Notes: a model not told the origin generated them from the sequence alone. Numbered from the stretch's first letter, positions 39,339-54,748 are shown. The stretch: DNA of 64,000 nucleotides from Octopus sinensis (GCF_006345805.1 NC_042997.1:53816001-53880000), one strand, 5' to 3'. Translations and numbers: made by a program.

Positions 39339-42300
39339 TAAGATATTAAAGAATTATAATATCTTTATCCTGAAATTAAAGTGGTATTTTAGTCTCCAAA
39401 TGTAAGTGATAATTAGCCAATAGATCACTCAGTAATAACAACCTTCAAGAGGTACAATATGTAGGGAGCTGTGTTAAAGAAGGGAAGATGGGCATGATCT
39501 ATCCTGGACTGGATACTATATTTGGAGTAATAACAATGATATTGGGGTCTCTTGATATCAAATACCAGAATCTACAAGGCAAGACTGTTGGAAAAAGTTA
39601 TGCCAAGATTTAATACCAAATTTTCCAAAAGATGTAATCTTGAGTCTGTCACATAATTTCTTCAGGCTATAAGTCAACATGACTTGCAAGTCACAGTTTT
39701 AGATACGAATTAACTTATTCAGAGACTTTAATCAACAAAATTTCGATAACATATGAGGGAAATAAAAGACGATACTGAAAGGAAATCACTTCTATTTAAG
39801 TTTTCACGGTGAAGAAAAAAGGAAAAAGCTTTATACCTTCTACAGTTCTTAAACATTATGGAAGAATATGATCCAGATGTAGAAAGAAATTCACAGGTCC
39901 TTAGAACGATGGACAAAGATACGTTATGTTATTGACAACAAAGCAACGTTCGATTTGTCCCGCTCAGTAAACTCTTGATAATTTTTAACTCGACAATATA
40001 ATTATATCAAATGAATATATGTATGTTCATTACTTAGATTTTACTGTGCTTAATTCTCGTCGTTTTGTGTAATGGGCCAAGTGAATTCATATATTTATTC
40101 AGTGATTCTGCAGAGGGTATAAGGCGATATAAGGGTTGATACAATTATATTCCCTCTTATGTTTGGGGTATCACAATCCCCTTAGTAATTTACATGAAAA
40201 CAAAACCACTTAATATGTGACTCAACATTCATATATTCGCACATTCTTAACTCTCAGGAATGAAAACCTCTAATTAATATGTAATTCAATGATTCAAGGT
40301 TTGGAAATTCAAATTTCATATCAGTTCTCAGGAATGCATCTGGTATGAAAATAGAGGACTGCCAGTATGTATGTTTGCATGCGTGTGTGTGAGTGTGTGC
40401 GTGTTTGTGTGCGTAGGTGTGTGTGTATATGTGTGAGTATGCTATGCTGTGTGTGTGTGTGCGCGTGTGTACCTACTTACACAAATATATGTATGTATAT
40501 GTATATGTGCTCCGCAGCAATAGTGAAAGAGCTATTCTACCAACACGTACAACTTGAACGACAGTTATCAGCTAATAAAAAAGTTTTGTCTTACTTTTGG
40601 TAGGATCCTCATACATGCGCGCACACATAAATGTATGCACGTATGCGTACGTATATGAGAAAGATTGAGAGATCGAGAGCTATTTATGAATTCAGTTATT
40701 TATCTCGATCTCTAATTCCCAATTTTAGAACCCTTATTTTTAGTTAGAGACATGTTTTTACTAAACAGTATCAACAAACTAGCTCACATTCGAAGACCAA
40801 ACGAAAATACATTTAAGATTTCTCAGTTTTTGCTTGTAGTTTGAACTGTAGATGGTTGACATATGCACACATACACCCATGTATGTATGTATGTATGTAT
40901 GTATAGGTACAAGGGTTATGTTTGTATAAAATGCTGGTATTTATTTCATCCATTCTAGAGGTATGAAAGATAAATTCAACCTTGATGATTATATGACCTC
41001 AAAATAGTGGAGCCCTAAGTTAGCACATACAGAAAGTTTTATTTCCATAAGCCACAAAAAATAAGGTGTTATTGCCCAGGTTACATAAAATGTCCGAATC
41101 AATAACTATGGATTAAAGGTTCGGTTGTTATGTATCTATAGGAAAGTCTAAACATTGTCTGTAATTTCTGGTGGACCCTTTCGAATAGTTGGTTATAATT
41201 GCCACTTGATAATTAAATACCGCGATCAGTGTATCCTTAATGTGTGCTTTGTTACCGTTTAGAGTGAAGGCGCGTGGCTTAGTGTTTAGGGTAGTCGGCG
41301 TGTTGTGTCCTTGAATGAGACTCTTTATTTCACGTTGTCCAGTTCATTCCACTGGTAAAAATGAGTTGTAATTGAAAAGCGCCAACCTGAGAACTACGCT
41401 AAGGGCACGCATGTCTATGGAGTGCTCAGACACTTGCACATTAATTTCAGCTGGAACACTCGCCGTCATAACCAATGGAGAGCCAGGCCATTATCTTTTA
41501 TTATTTAGTTGAATTCCTGCTATATGCCGTGAGAATGTAGCGGGAAATTGCTACAGTTCCCATTGTCAGGTCAGAGTTGTTTAGGCCAATATTGGTTTCA
41601 GATTTTGGGACAAGACCAACAATTTTGGGGAAGGAGGTAAGTCGATTACAACGACCCCAATGCTCAAGTGGTACTTATTTTATTGACCCCGAAAGGATGA
41701 AAGGCAAAGTCAACCTCAGTAGAATTTGAGCTTAGAACGTAAAGACAGACAAAATGTTCAGTTCAATATAAGCCCTGGATCTGAGATTAACTCATAAGCA
41801 CAGGGAGTATGACATGGTTTAATAAGTAATTAGTGAACTTGCATTGACCCTTTGATATGAAATTGCCTGAACCAACTCAGTCCTATGATACAAGCTTCCT
41901 GTTTCAAAATTATCTAATTAAAGCCGTCAATTAAAATTCCGTGTTAATTTATGTTCTAAACACCATCTTTATAATGAAAAATGATAAATTTTTGTCATTC
42001 TCAAAATTAACTGAAGCAAAATCATTGTATTTCAACTCAAATATGGTAACAAGGAGCTTAAGCTCATCATATGGTTTTACAAAGAATTCCGACAACAACA
42101 ATGATTTGACAGCAAATTGAAATGTTAAATATTATCACAATAATAATCTGCAACGATCAATGTAAGCTATTTTGTCAGTTTTTCTGCAGTCACTCCTTCC
42201 TCTCGAAGAAATATCAAACAAATCCCTCTCCGTTTCCACTGTGGCATCTTGCAAAAAAAAGGGTAGAAACGAGATTTCAGTGGTGCAGTTTAAATAAATT

Positions 42301-42397
42301 GTAAAAATGATGGAATGATCACGCTTAGAATATCTTTGATCATAAGCCTGCTTGATTAGCATAGACATAGAGTTAAACAACAAGAACAACAAGAACA

Positions 42398-42453
<56 letters not shown>
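42398..42453. repeat. (CTA)n microsatellite
   Basis: Perfect cta run; a longer interrupted (CTA/CTG)n tract lies at 51570-51782. Confidence 0.95.
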
Positions 42454-42454
<1 letters not shown>

Positions 42455-43303
42455 GCAGAAACAGCAATGGACCTACAATATTATGAAACGGAACGTTACA
42501 ACAATATCAAATATATCAGCTTATGTAAACAAAAAGGGGGACTTATTTAAAAATATAAAAGCTTTCTTTTGATGTATATGCGGGTATGTGTGTGTGGTTA
42601 ACAGGGGGTATTGAAATGATTAGTTTAATTACTTTAAAATGGATTCTTATATAAAATTTAAACACCAGTTCTTGTTATTGTTTTTTGTTTATTTTTTTGT
42701 TGGTTTTTTTGGTTTTTTTTTTTTTTTGGTAATATCAAGTTGTATCAGGTTGGTTTCTAGTTAAGGCTGATGATTATTTTTAATAGAATTTTAAAATGAA
42801 GTGCACACAATTTGAATAATGGCATCATTACTGTAGTCTGGCGACTTCTGCGAAATCATTTACGCTATCATGATTAATTTAGTGAAACATTATTTGTGAG
42901 AACTAAAGTTTTAAACTTACTGCAGGACCTTAGAGACTTCACAACTACATACATATATTCATACATACATACATAATCCATACATTCATACATACATACA
43001 TACATACATACATACATGCATGCATACATACATACATACATACATACATACATACATACATACACATACATACATACATGCATGCATACATACATGAATA
43101 TATCTACGTAGGCATGTATTATGTTTGTATGTATGTATACATATATAAATATGTGGGTGTGTGGTAAGAAACTTACTTCCAAACCACTTGGTTCCAAGTT
43201 CAGTCCCACTGCATGGCACCTTGGCTGTCTTCTACTATTGCCTTAGGCCGACCAATGCGTTGTGAGTGGATTTGGTAGATGGAAACTGAAAGATATGTGG
43301 CGC

Positions 43304-43393
<90 letters not shown>

Positions 43394-43496
43394 TCAATTC
43401 GAAAAACAGAGGAAAAGAAAATGAAAAAACAAATAAACGTGAGGACGTAGCAGAAGCAATGTATTAATATGACACTCGGAGAAAGAAGAGAATTGT

Positions 43497-43533
43497 TGTT
43501 TTACGTTTCAAGCATGGCTCTTCGTCAGAAACA
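43497..43533 (-). ncRNA. Minimal type I hammerhead ribozyme (family E-related, within a ~43390-43590 element)
   Basis: Minus strand TGTTT-CTGACGA-A-GAGC(CAT)GCTT-GAAAC-GTA-AAACA: 5-bp stem I, G-U in stem II, ACGT stem III, GUA triplet. Confidence 0.7.
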
Positions 43534-44199
43534 GGAAAGACCAAAAGGAAAGAAGGAAGAAGGAAAAATTGCCAACAGTCCACGTGCAGTTACATTTCTG
43601 AAGTAGATGGAGGAAAAGAAAGTGCTTTCTAGGACAGGAGAGTGTGAAGATGGTCGGTATGTGTGTGTGTGTGGCAGTAAGTGCCTGTATGTGTGTGCGT
43701 GGTAGCGTGTGTGTGTGTGGTGGTAACTGTGTGTGGTAGCGAGGGTGTGGTATTAAAAATGAGAGTAATAACTATGGATAGCCAGTATACAAATACAGAG
43801 TATATCAAATATCATACAACATAAAGATTAAATCTATTGAAATTGTCTCCGCCTCCAAAAAATATAATTACCAATGGCAATTGAAATCAGCTTCATACAG
43901 GAAGGGGAGATACTCCTAAGAATCAAACTTCTCCAAAGTCGACAAGTCATTAAGGAAAAGGGCAAGCTTTTTGTCTGGACAGTCGTCGGCAGTGCAAACC
44001 TTTATCCGCCAGCCAAGTGACATAACCATGTACAAAAAGTGTAAAGCTCATTTATGGGCAAAATTAAACAAAACTGCGTTAAGAGAAATAAATTAGAGTA
44101 GCCAATAGCATATATATGAACGACATAGACAAATACAGGTATATCAAATACTATACAGGATAAATTCTTGATTTATAAAAATCATCTCATCCTCTCGAT

Positions 44200-44640
44200 G
44201 AGGAGGTAATTTTAATTGCCAAGATTCGAAGCGATTACTTACATATTTATTCTTTATACTTTCCGACAGATTTGAATGTAAATATTCTAATCTCTGTTGT
44301 ATTCTAGACTAGCGATTTTTTCCCTGTCAACCCTTTCTGTCGAAGAGCGTAGGCTGGTAATGTCAAAGACTTTTTCATTCTTCCCGAGCGTCAAACTAAT
44401 ATACCTGCTTGTTGAGCGCGGGGACGTTGAAATATCCTTGATTGGTGTCAGGGGTCGCGGTAAAACCACTGGGGGTGAGGGAAACTCCAAGAATATGTCA
44501 CTGTATCCCTCTAGGAGAGGGACACTGATGTAAACTCGCAGTTTCCCGTGATCATTGGTCATCCCGCTTCGGCCTGTCCCTGGGTACTGCTCAGAGAGCA
44601 GTATTCGTCGTATACAAGGATGTATCACTATAACCATATG
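44200..44640 (-). pseudogene. Possible PLE ORF fragment upstream of the RT domain
   Basis: ORF 44287-44637 ends DREKIASLEYNRD*, then a frameshifted FTFKSVGK loosely resembling PLE L..N.DI.IK.ADKG; weak. Confidence 0.3.
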
Positions 44641-44805
44641 ATGTACAGATGTCTCTTTATGGTAACCTCATTTATCATCCCACCAACTGAGAGTCCCTGA
44701 TTAATAAGATTGATGCGGCTGATACTCATGCTAAACATATGTTGGTTGATGCTTAGGAAAAACAGGCACAAAGAGAAACCCAGTTTTGTGGAGGAAGTTG
44801 TGAAC

Positions 44806-45221
44806 AAGGCGGCGAGCTGGCAGAAACGTTAGCACGCCGGGCGAAATGCTTAACGGTATTTCGTCTGCCGCTACGTTCTGAGTTCAAATTCCGCCGAGGT
44901 CGACTTTACCTTTCATTCTTTCGGGGTCGATAAATTAAGTACCACTTACGCACTGGGGTCGATGTAATCGACTTAATACCTATGTCTGTCCTTGTTTGTC
45001 CCCTCTATGTTTAGCCCCTTGTGGGTAATAAAGAAATAGGTATTTCGTCTACCGTTACGTTCTGAGTTCAAATTCCGCCGAGGTCGACTTTGCCTTTCAT
45101 CCTTTCGGGGTCGATTAAATAAGTACTAGTTACTCACTGGGGTCGATGTAATCGACTTAATCCATTTGTCTGTCCTTGTTTGTCCCCTCTGTGTTTAACC
45201 CCTTGTGGGTGGTAAAGAAAT
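44806..45221 (+). mobile_element. Dimeric SINE family A (full monomer plus headless monomer) with 12-bp TSD
   Basis: Internal junction aaagaaat|aggtatttcgtct at ~45037; TSD aggaagttgtga at 44792-44803 and 45222-45233. Confidence 0.9.
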
Positions 45222-46293
45222 AGGAAGTTGTGAGTGAAATGTCTAGTGTGACATTTCGGAGTTAGACACAGTAGCGTTAATGAGAATTGAAGAGGTTAGG
45301 ATAAGCAACAGTGTTACACAGCTCGCTTAACCCAAGAGAATGTTGCTGTTTCAATAGCTATGGAAGAAACTGAGACAAGAAACAGGGTGTATGTAGAATA
45401 ATGTTGTTGCATGAATCTTTGCCAATCAGACGAATGACTTTCTACTAAATTCAGTATGGCATGTTTGTGCAACAGTAGCATCCCAGACATGTAAACAGTA
45501 TAGGGTCAAAAACCGATCGTACTAATGTGTTTTTTTAACCTGAAGAGGAAGTCTAGTCTGTGGGATTGCAGTTTTGACAATGTTATTTATGTGAGGCTAC
45601 CGTGAGAGATGATAACAGATAATAAGGCATAGCATTTGTAGTGATATTCAGAGTGGGTATGAGCAGGGAGGATGTAGTGCAAAACTTTTCTTTGCAAATT
45701 CATTTCTTTGATATGTGTAATGAATGCTTCTTTGTGCTATTGAAGGGGGCTAGTGGGTCACGTCCCCCATTGAAAATATGATTTGAGGTATTTATCTTGG
45801 GTGTCGATGATGCATGTGTGATGTTAAAATGGAATGAGGGGCAGCGTAATCTGAATAGGAGTATGTGCATGTGGGTGGCGCGAATACGTACGAGTGTGTG
45901 TGTGTGGTATATGTGTATGTGTGTGCGTGTGTGAGTGTATCCGCGTGTGGGTGTGTATGTGCGTGCGCGTGCACGTAAGTCTATGCATGTTTTTGACTAG
46001 ATGTAGCATCAAGTAGGTCATTCTTATACAGAAACACGAGGGCCGAAGTCATAACAGAAGACATAAGTTACACTATACGAAGCCCCGTCAACGCACACTG
46101 CGATGTGTTGTCTAACGGGAAGCTTTTCATCCAAGTGATGAGTGATAGTAATTCATATGCATTCAGCTAAAATTACCGAATTGTGTGGTGTTAAAGGAAA
46201 CAACTCTGCCACTCCTGAAGTTCTCGAAGTTGAGAAAGCTCTAAGTCGTACTGGTGGTCATTGAATTGAAAAAGAGTCTCAGGTTGATAATAT

Positions 46294-46525
46294 ATTTCTT
46301 TATTGCCCACAAGGGGCTAAACATAGAGGGGACAAACAAGGACAGACAAAGGGATTAAGTCAATTACATCGACCCCAGTGCGTAACTGGTACTTTATTTA
46401 CCGACCCCGAAAGGATGAAAAGCAAAGTCGACCTCGGCGGAATTTGAACTCAGAACGTAACGGTAGACGAAATACGACTATGCATTTCGCCCGGCGTGCT
46501 AACGATTCTGCCAGCTCGCCGCCTT
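46294..46525 (-). mobile_element. SINE family A
   Basis: Ends in ctgccagctcgccgcctt (reverse complement of the head). Confidence 0.9.
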
Positions 46526-46823
46526 AAAATGGCTGTTAGCGATTGTTTGTATGCAACATCAGAGGGAATTATTCTCTTACAAATGAGATTCACTGGCGTA
46601 TTTTCTCTTATTTTGGAGTAAATACTCGCTGAGACTATAGAGGAGTTTCGTGAATACAAATGCTCTTGTATACAAGTGTTCTATTTGTATGTAAAATTTG
46701 GGACACCGTCAGGGGAGACGAGCTTGTTTTGTCGGATTGATTGAAAACGTTTTCGCATGTGGTGACTACTAAGTGGTGGTGAAATAGGTGAAAAAGCGAT
46801 TCAAAGTTTTGAGAGAGGGAGAA

Positions 46824-46860
<37 letters not shown>

Positions 46861-46915
46861 GACAGACAAATAGGTAGAGAGACAGACAATTCGTGCGTAT
46901 GTGTGTGTTTGTGTA

Positions 46916-46947
<32 letters not shown>

Positions 46948-47289
46948 TGTGTGTCGCGTGCGTGTGTGTGTTAAGGAGTTCACCTCGTACTGACAATATC
47001 CTGGGTTCAATTTGAGTATTTCACGTGATATCTTGGGCTTGAATTTTTTTTTCATAGTCTGGGGTCTATGTGAGTGAAATTGAGAACAAGAAAATTAAGT
47101 GGAATCCTGTCACCTATAATTCAAAGGTCCAATTTTGTCACATATTCTGTTGCGCTGATTCTGTCGGACAATTGAGTTGATAAGTGAGTACTTCACTTGA
47201 TCAAACAACTGCATACTCATCATCGAAACCGACGGAGATCCATTTACTTATGTAGGATGTATGGATCTGGAAGAAAAGATAGGTCTACT

Positions 47290-47790
47290 TCCCGTAAGGT
47301 TGGATCATTGTATAGGTCTTAGGATTACTGCATATCTGAGGTCATTTTATATTTTTACAAGTCCACAATCTATCCTTGTATGAAGTACTGTTGCCATATT
47401 CGGGCAGGCGCATAATTTTATTTCTAGGATCCCCTTGACCGGGTTCAGAAGCAAGTCTGTATTTTGATTGGTCTCTTTCGCTTGCTTCAACTCTTGTCAC
47501 ATCGACATGACGTCGCCAGTCTTAGTCTTTTCTATCGTTATTCACACAGGAAGTGCTCTTTCTCTTTTAGTTCCAGATCACTTCATGCCATCTCGTCTGA
47601 CTCGGAACTCACACCGTCTTCATCCAATGGCTGCTCTGCTTCCACGAATAAGGAAGTCTTTCAACGATCATAGCTTTTTTCATCGAATTGCTAGACTTTG
47701 TCTTATGAACTCAACTATTTCAAGTCTAGATAAATTCATTTCCTTCGTCTTAATTTCTCCTTCTTCATAGTCCATTACACTATGGCCTCT
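47290..47790 (+). pseudogene. 3' fragment of a CR1/Jockey-group LINE (RT C-terminus)
   Basis: FYKSTIYPCMKYCCHIRAGA* / LDRVQKQ / LQLLSHRHDVASLSLFYRYSHRKCS motif series. Confidence 0.75.
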
Positions 47791-50294
47791 CGCCTTGCTT
47801 GGGACTTTCTTATAAAAAAAATTCTCAGTAAATGCAGTGACCTTATTGACAATATCCATGTTGGTTGTGAAATGTATGAAATGGCAAGTTGAAGTATTCT
47901 GCGAAGTTGATTAAATTTTCTTTGAAAGGAAACAAAAATCGGGCTACAATGTAGAAGGTGATGACCAATGTGATCCGTGTAATGACATCCTTTCTATTCT
48001 TGTTGGTCAATTTTCTGGTGCAGTACTGTTAATTAAAGGTCGCCCAGATGTTGATGGTGAGTGGCTGCTTCCTCAGGTTATTATTTTTTTTCGCCTATAT
48101 AACAACTTCAAGTAATTTTCTTGAAGATTTGGAGATTGTGGTCTTTAGTTGTGGGAAGGGTATAGGATGGCATACCTAATGAGAGAGACTTAAAATACAA
48201 ATTCTCTCTCGAAAGGATTCTCAAAATAAGAATCACAGAAAACAGATGAAAGTAAAGGAAACACAAATGATGATGCGCCAAATATTTTCCCTCTTAAGTC
48301 TGGACGAATGGTTAAGAAGTTCAATTCGCAATCACGCGGGACTAAGTTCGATCCCTCTGCGTGAAAACTTAGGCGAATTGGATTTTCTAAAGCCTCGGAT
48401 CGATCCATTCATTGTGGGTAAAACTAGATACACAAAACGTGTCTAGAAGCCAGTTGGGTGGATTATAACTGCAACTCCAAAGGTACAACCTTATCACAAC
48501 CCCACACCTCACACGCGCGCGCACGCTGTGTCATGCTGATTCTCTCTGAGAATTACGTTAAGGTCATACGTCTAAGGATTGCTCAGCTACTTTCACGTTA
48601 CTACATAAGCAGGTTATTCAGTTCAAACAACTGAGTCGAACGACGTAGATCCATCAGCGCCATATATATATATGTGTGTGTGTGTATGTGTGTATAAATG
48701 TATGCGTGTGTGTGTATAAATATATGTGTGTGAATGTGTCTGTGAGTCTGTGCGCGCGCGCATGCGGTGTTCACCAAGGAAAACGATGTGTTGATAGAAA
48801 CTGAAATGCCTCTGATCACAGATCTGTTGCTGTATTAGGACTCATCTGTGGTAAAACAGTAACAAAAAGAATCATAACAGAACCATTAAATATTGTATGT
48901 AGTAAGCATATCAGAGTCCTGTACCGATGTTTATAGATTTATCCCTGCCAAGGATAAGAGCGTATGCGTCTATCATCAGTAATGTTAGTGACCTAAATTT
49001 GGCGGTGGTGAAGTGGTAAATAAAAAGGTAGCTCTCCGGGTTAAATGCGTTATACTGTTTGTTGTCCTTTGCCTTTTATTACATTGGCGTCGATGAAATT
49101 AGATATCAGTTATATTGTTCTTCAGGAAATTCAGTCTGCTATATGCCTCGTTCAGAAATTCTTACATAGGCACAATGTAAGAAATCATTATTATTGAAGG
49201 GGCGCCAAGACAGCACCCGATATTTCCTGTCTGATTTTAAGAAACAAATATACAGAAATATTTTAAAATCTATTAAAAGCATTTGATTATAGTATGTGAT
49301 GAAAAAAGTACAAATTTCTAATATTATAAATATCAAAATTAGTTCTATAAACAGTATTACAGTATTTCTAATATTTTTCAAGAATTAACTTTTGATTGTT
49401 CTTTAATAGTCTAAAGTTATATTTTGCACAGAGTTAACATCCAACACATCCACTAACACATATGTTAACAATCAAAGTTCCTGTATACGAGCAGGTTAAT
49501 GGTTAAAGCACATGTGTATATGTGTAGTGAAGTTAATAGTAAAAGCATTCTAGACGCAAGTTAAATGTCGATATCCCGGTGAGCTCAAAGAAATCCAAAA
49601 TGAAAACGGGGTCATTTTGTGTAGAATATATCGTACGTTACAATCTAGCTAGAATAATAATTGTTTGGGGAACTCCTAAGATTTTGTATGTTATCTGAAA
49701 TATTACATCATATTTTCGATATAACATCTTAACTCTTACACACCTTATATAATTACTGAAATGCTTATAACTCTTCTATTAAGTATAATTTAGCAAATAG
49801 TTTTGTTTAAACTAGTTCTGATCTACGCTCGAGATGGTGAAGGCGGCGTTAAAATTGTGGTGGAAGAAAAGGAGGATTGTTTTTAAATACCACCAGACTG
49901 TTTAACCATATTTAATAAACCAAAGAATTTATCTTTTCTTGAGAGGTGTTTGAGTAACTCCACTGGCAACATTTCATAAATATATTGCTGCTGCGAAAGT
50001 AAGGGATATGGGTGACTTTAAGTTCAGGCAAAATAACTAGTTTGTATAATGTAGGATTTTGTGAAATCCACCTCTCCACACAACTTAACTTCTATTTGTC
50101 TGATAACTGACATATTGCATTCATTAAAGTCATACTCTAGATTGAAAAATATTTTAAAAGTCTCATCGCAAAATGCCAGGCTTAGATAACGAATATTTTA
50201 TAACCTTTAACTGAATGTGAAAACCGATAGTTTCTTTCTATTTCTTCCTATTTCTTGTTTCCTTTTTCTTTCTTAGTCCCCCGCTTCCTCCACA

Positions 50295-50335
<41 letters not shown>

Positions 50336-51691
50336 TGTGTGTGTGTGTGTGTGTTAAGGGTTCTTCTAAGGCGAAGACACAAATAAGTGTTTCTTGCATA
50401 AACATAAAGCTTGAAATTAGTAGTGAAGTGGGAAACATAATGTTGAAACGTGGGATTTCTTTAAAAAATATAAATAAATGAGAAATATATTTAAAAAATA
50501 AACAATCAAAATCTTAAAACATACTATCATTTATTTATTTATTAAGCATAAGTAATAAAGGATAAGACTATAAACTGAAATTGGTCTCCTCGATTCAAAA
50601 TACGCAGAGCAAGACAAAAGTTAATTGAAAAGAGGAATGGGACTTTGTGAGACTTGTACCTTCCTCACTGATATTTCAGAATTTCAGACGTAAGTAAAAT
50701 GATATGGCTCCGATGGAGAATGCAACTTTTCGATGCGTTCAGAGATTAAGAAAAGGAGTAGAAATGACAAAGCTCCATTGAATAAGTATTGTTATATTTC
50801 TTCACAAAAAACACAACCTCAACTCATGAAAACTCCCTTTTTTTTCTTTTTTTTTTTACCTTTTTGGTGGTGGGTGCCCAGGAGTAACTCTGAAATTTGC
50901 AATATGGAGATTTTTATATTATAATTTTGTCACTTATATTATTGTTATTTTTGTTGCAACTGCTGTTGTTGTAGTTGTGGTTCTTGTTGTTGTTGCTTTT
51001 GTTTTTGTCTTGTTTGGCATCACATTAGCTCTATACATGCAAACCTCATATAAGAGGCAATTCCAGCCACGACTATCTCGTTTTTTTAATTTTTTATTCT
51101 ATATTTAGACCTACGTTGTTTTATGAGTTCTTACATATTCATTTTTAAGATGGTAAGTCCGATTTTGAAGAATACTTGGTTGCTATTTCTAGCAAGTCGA
51201 GCTCTCCCACGTAGATGTTACCACGTTGACTAATAATTATTATGGTTGCTGTTGTAGCTACTGCTGCATTTCTGTTGAATTGCTTCACGCTATTTTGGTA
51301 GAGATGTTATAAAAAGGTACCTGACAATAAAATTACAAATGAAATCTCACAGAACAAACCGTACCTTTCAACTTGACATTCTCCATTTTTAATATGGACG
51401 TCATTTTACTGTCCTCACATTAGTTTCAAATAATGAACATTATAAAAGCTACGGGCTAGAATCCGGTGGGTCAGGTTTTCTTGACCATGTTAGTAGTGAT
51501 ATTGGTGTAATTATTGATCCCACCACCACCACTACCACCACCACCAAAACCACCACCGCCGCTACCGCCGCCACTACTACTACTACTACTACTGTTACTA
51601 CTACTGTTACTACTACTACTGTTACTACTACTACTGTTACTGCTACTACTGCTACTGCTACTACTACTGTTACTACTACTACTACTACTGT

Positions 51692-51725
<34 letters not shown>

Positions 51726-51727
51726 GT

Positions 51728-51782
<55 letters not shown>

Positions 51783-52658
51783 GCAATCATTTAGCTGTTG
51801 TTCCTCCCACTGCTGCTGCTCCTGTTGTTGCTCTACTCACAGATGCTGCACCCACTGCACCTCATATTCATGCTAATAGTATAATGATGGTGAGGATCAT
51901 GATAATTATGTTGATCATGACGATGGTGCTGGTGGTGGCAGCGGCGTTAATGATGGGAATGGTGACGACGAATATGTTTCTCTAAGAATGAAAAATTCTT
52001 AAAAGAAAACAAATTAGTCACTATTCTTGTGTCTATCCAAACAAAATATAAACTATATATATATATATATATATACAAACAAATCTACAAAATCCGCTGT
52101 TATTCTAATCTCTTGAATTGAATTACAATTTACAAATCTCTAAACAACAGATTTCTGTGTTTGCCGAAAGAGTTAACCCATATTTAATTATGTCCAGAGT
52201 AATCTTAATCACAATGTGTATGGGTTCAACTAGCTTTTAGTTTGTGACATTAGGTGAAGATAGCGATCGTCTGTTATTGAAAAATGTACTAACATACACT
52301 AAAATTCAAACAAAAGCTTTTAAAATTGTATTTAGAGGTGAAATAAACACTGTCGGTTATCGATACTAGCATTAACGTGCGTATGAGTTTTTCTTGACAT
52401 AGCTTTTGCTGGTTTTACATTATGGATGAAGATACAATCACTGGTTATTGATATCTGTATGCAACTATGCACACTGGCTGAGTCATGGCTATTAGTGTTG
52501 CACTGTGTGGTGAGATAAGCGTCACCCTGGTTAACGATACTACGTTTTAAAGGGAACTAGTAAGCCTCCACCTAGTTCTTAGTTTCAAAAGCAAAACTAT
52601 TGCAATAATTACTACTACTACTAATAATAATAACAACAACAACAATAATAATAATAAT

Positions 52659-52857
52659 GGTTTCAAATTTTCCCACAAAGGCAACCATTTTGGGGGCTGG
52701 AATGTGTCTATTACATCGGCCCCAGTGTTCCACTTGTACTCAATTTATCGACTCCGAAAGGATGAAAGGCAAAGTCGGCCTCGGCATAAATTGAACTCAT
52801 AACGTAAAGACGGGCGAAATACCCGGCGTGCTAACGATTCTGCCAGCTCGCCGCCTT
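52659..52857 (-). mobile_element. SINE family A
   Basis: Reverse complement of the family A head and body; preceded by an (AAT)n tail. Confidence 0.85.
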
Positions 52858-52902
52858 AATGGTAATAATAATGATGATAACAATAATATTAATAATCCTT
52901 TC

Positions 52903-53462
52903 GGATCTTTTCATTTTGAAGGCCAGATTTTCCTAGTTAACTAAACAATTTGAAACTTCGTATACTGGTAGAATGTGTCAAAAGAAAACATAATTGTAAA
53001 CCAAAATGAAAACGGAAATGTAATTTCTAAGTTTAATGTTGTTTAATAATTCGAATTTTAACCAATGGTATTCTTTCTTTCGACCTCATATCATTTACTG
53101 CCTCTCAAAATATTGTTACTGTGACGTAAACAGCTATTTTGTGACGTAGTTAACGTAAACATGTAAATAGCTAAAATGTAAATATCCGCTTATCGTAAAC
53201 AGCTAAATTCGCTTGGCATCGTACACAGCTTTTTCAGTTCCCTAGAATTATATTTGAAACAAAATAAAAAGAAAAAGATTCATATGCATAAATATCCATC
53301 CTTAGACATCAGAAAGATTAGGAATGCAACAAAAATTTAAAATACCGGATCTTTACCTTTTGACCTACAGATTTAAAAAATATTTTTTTCTAACTAAACA
53401 CTTTCAAACTTCGTGGAATATATATAAAATTTGTGTAGATCCTAAATAGCTACACACACATG

Positions 53463-53525
<63 letters not shown>

Positions 53526-54529
53526 CATATACACCTATACACACATATTCTAATGTATATACATATATGTGTATATATTTATAATGTGTGTGTATTATAG
53601 ATGCATACATTATATATATATAAAAGATGTTTACATACAATATATATATATATATATATGTTATATACATCTACATGTATATGTATGTATGAATATATAA
53701 GTAGCACAGAATTTGAATCAAACTGTTTTGATCCATATACACACACACACACACACACACACATACATACATACATACACACATACTAAAATTACATCGT
53801 TGGAGCAGTAATTTATTTATGTATTTTTGTTATACAATTTATTTTTAAGCTGAATCCCTATCCTGCCATTAACCCCTTTCTTATAAAATATTGAAGAATC
53901 TGGGGTGTAGGAATTGGGCCAGTATTGGAACTTTTAACGTCTTGCTCTCTATCTTATGATCTCCGAAATTTAAGAATCTTGTGTTAACTGGGCTCTTATT
54001 ATTTACTCTGACTCTGCCACCACCTCAATGCAAAGACTATCAATATCAGAATCATCTTCACAACCACCACTGAGACATCCTAACATAATCAATGCCACTA
54101 CTACTATCATCATCCACTGCCGCCACCACCACCACCACCACCACCACCTCTACAAAAACACCAACACTATAATTGCTGCCATCATACACATCCACTGTCA
54201 CCACTACACCACCACCACCACTGCCATGATAACCACATCTACCACAGCTGTTTGCTTACTGCTTACCCACGCTGTTTAAAATTTTCACAAAATAGCTGTC
54301 TACGTCACAGTAACACTATGCAGTTAATGATTTCAAATGAAAACAGACAGTACGATTGGTTAAAATTCTCAGGTTTAAACTACGTTTAAACTTATAAAAT
54401 ACATTTTTCTCAAAAAAACTAGTTGAAATTAATGTTTTCTTTTGACACATTCTACCAGTATACGATGTTGAAAACTATTTAGTTAACTAGAAAAATCTGA
54501 AAAATCTGGCCTTCAAAATGAAAAGATCC
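52903..54529. mobile_element. 1.6-kb non-autonomous TIR element with ~230-bp imperfect inverted repeats
   Basis: ggatcttttcattttgaaggccagatt..gtatactggtagaatgtgtcaaa..gttactgtgacgtaaacagctattttgtga at 52903-53145 matches the reverse complement of 54283-54529; interior is microsatellite-rich. Confidence 0.75.
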
Positions 54530-54534
54530 ATCCT

Positions 54535-54748
54535 GCCTTTCTACTATGAGCACAAGGCCTGAAATTTGGGGAAGATGATAAGTCGATTACATCGAATCTA
54601 GTGCGTAACTGGTACTTATTTCATCGACCCTGAAAGGATGAAAAGCAAAGTCAACCTCGGCATAATTTGAACTCAGAATGTAAGGACGGACGAAATACCG
54701 CTAAGCATTAAGCCCGGCATGCTAACGATTCTGCCAGCTCAACGTCTT
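54535..54748 (-). mobile_element. SINE family A
   Basis: Reverse complement of family A; another minus-strand copy lies at 54983-55187. Confidence 0.85.
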
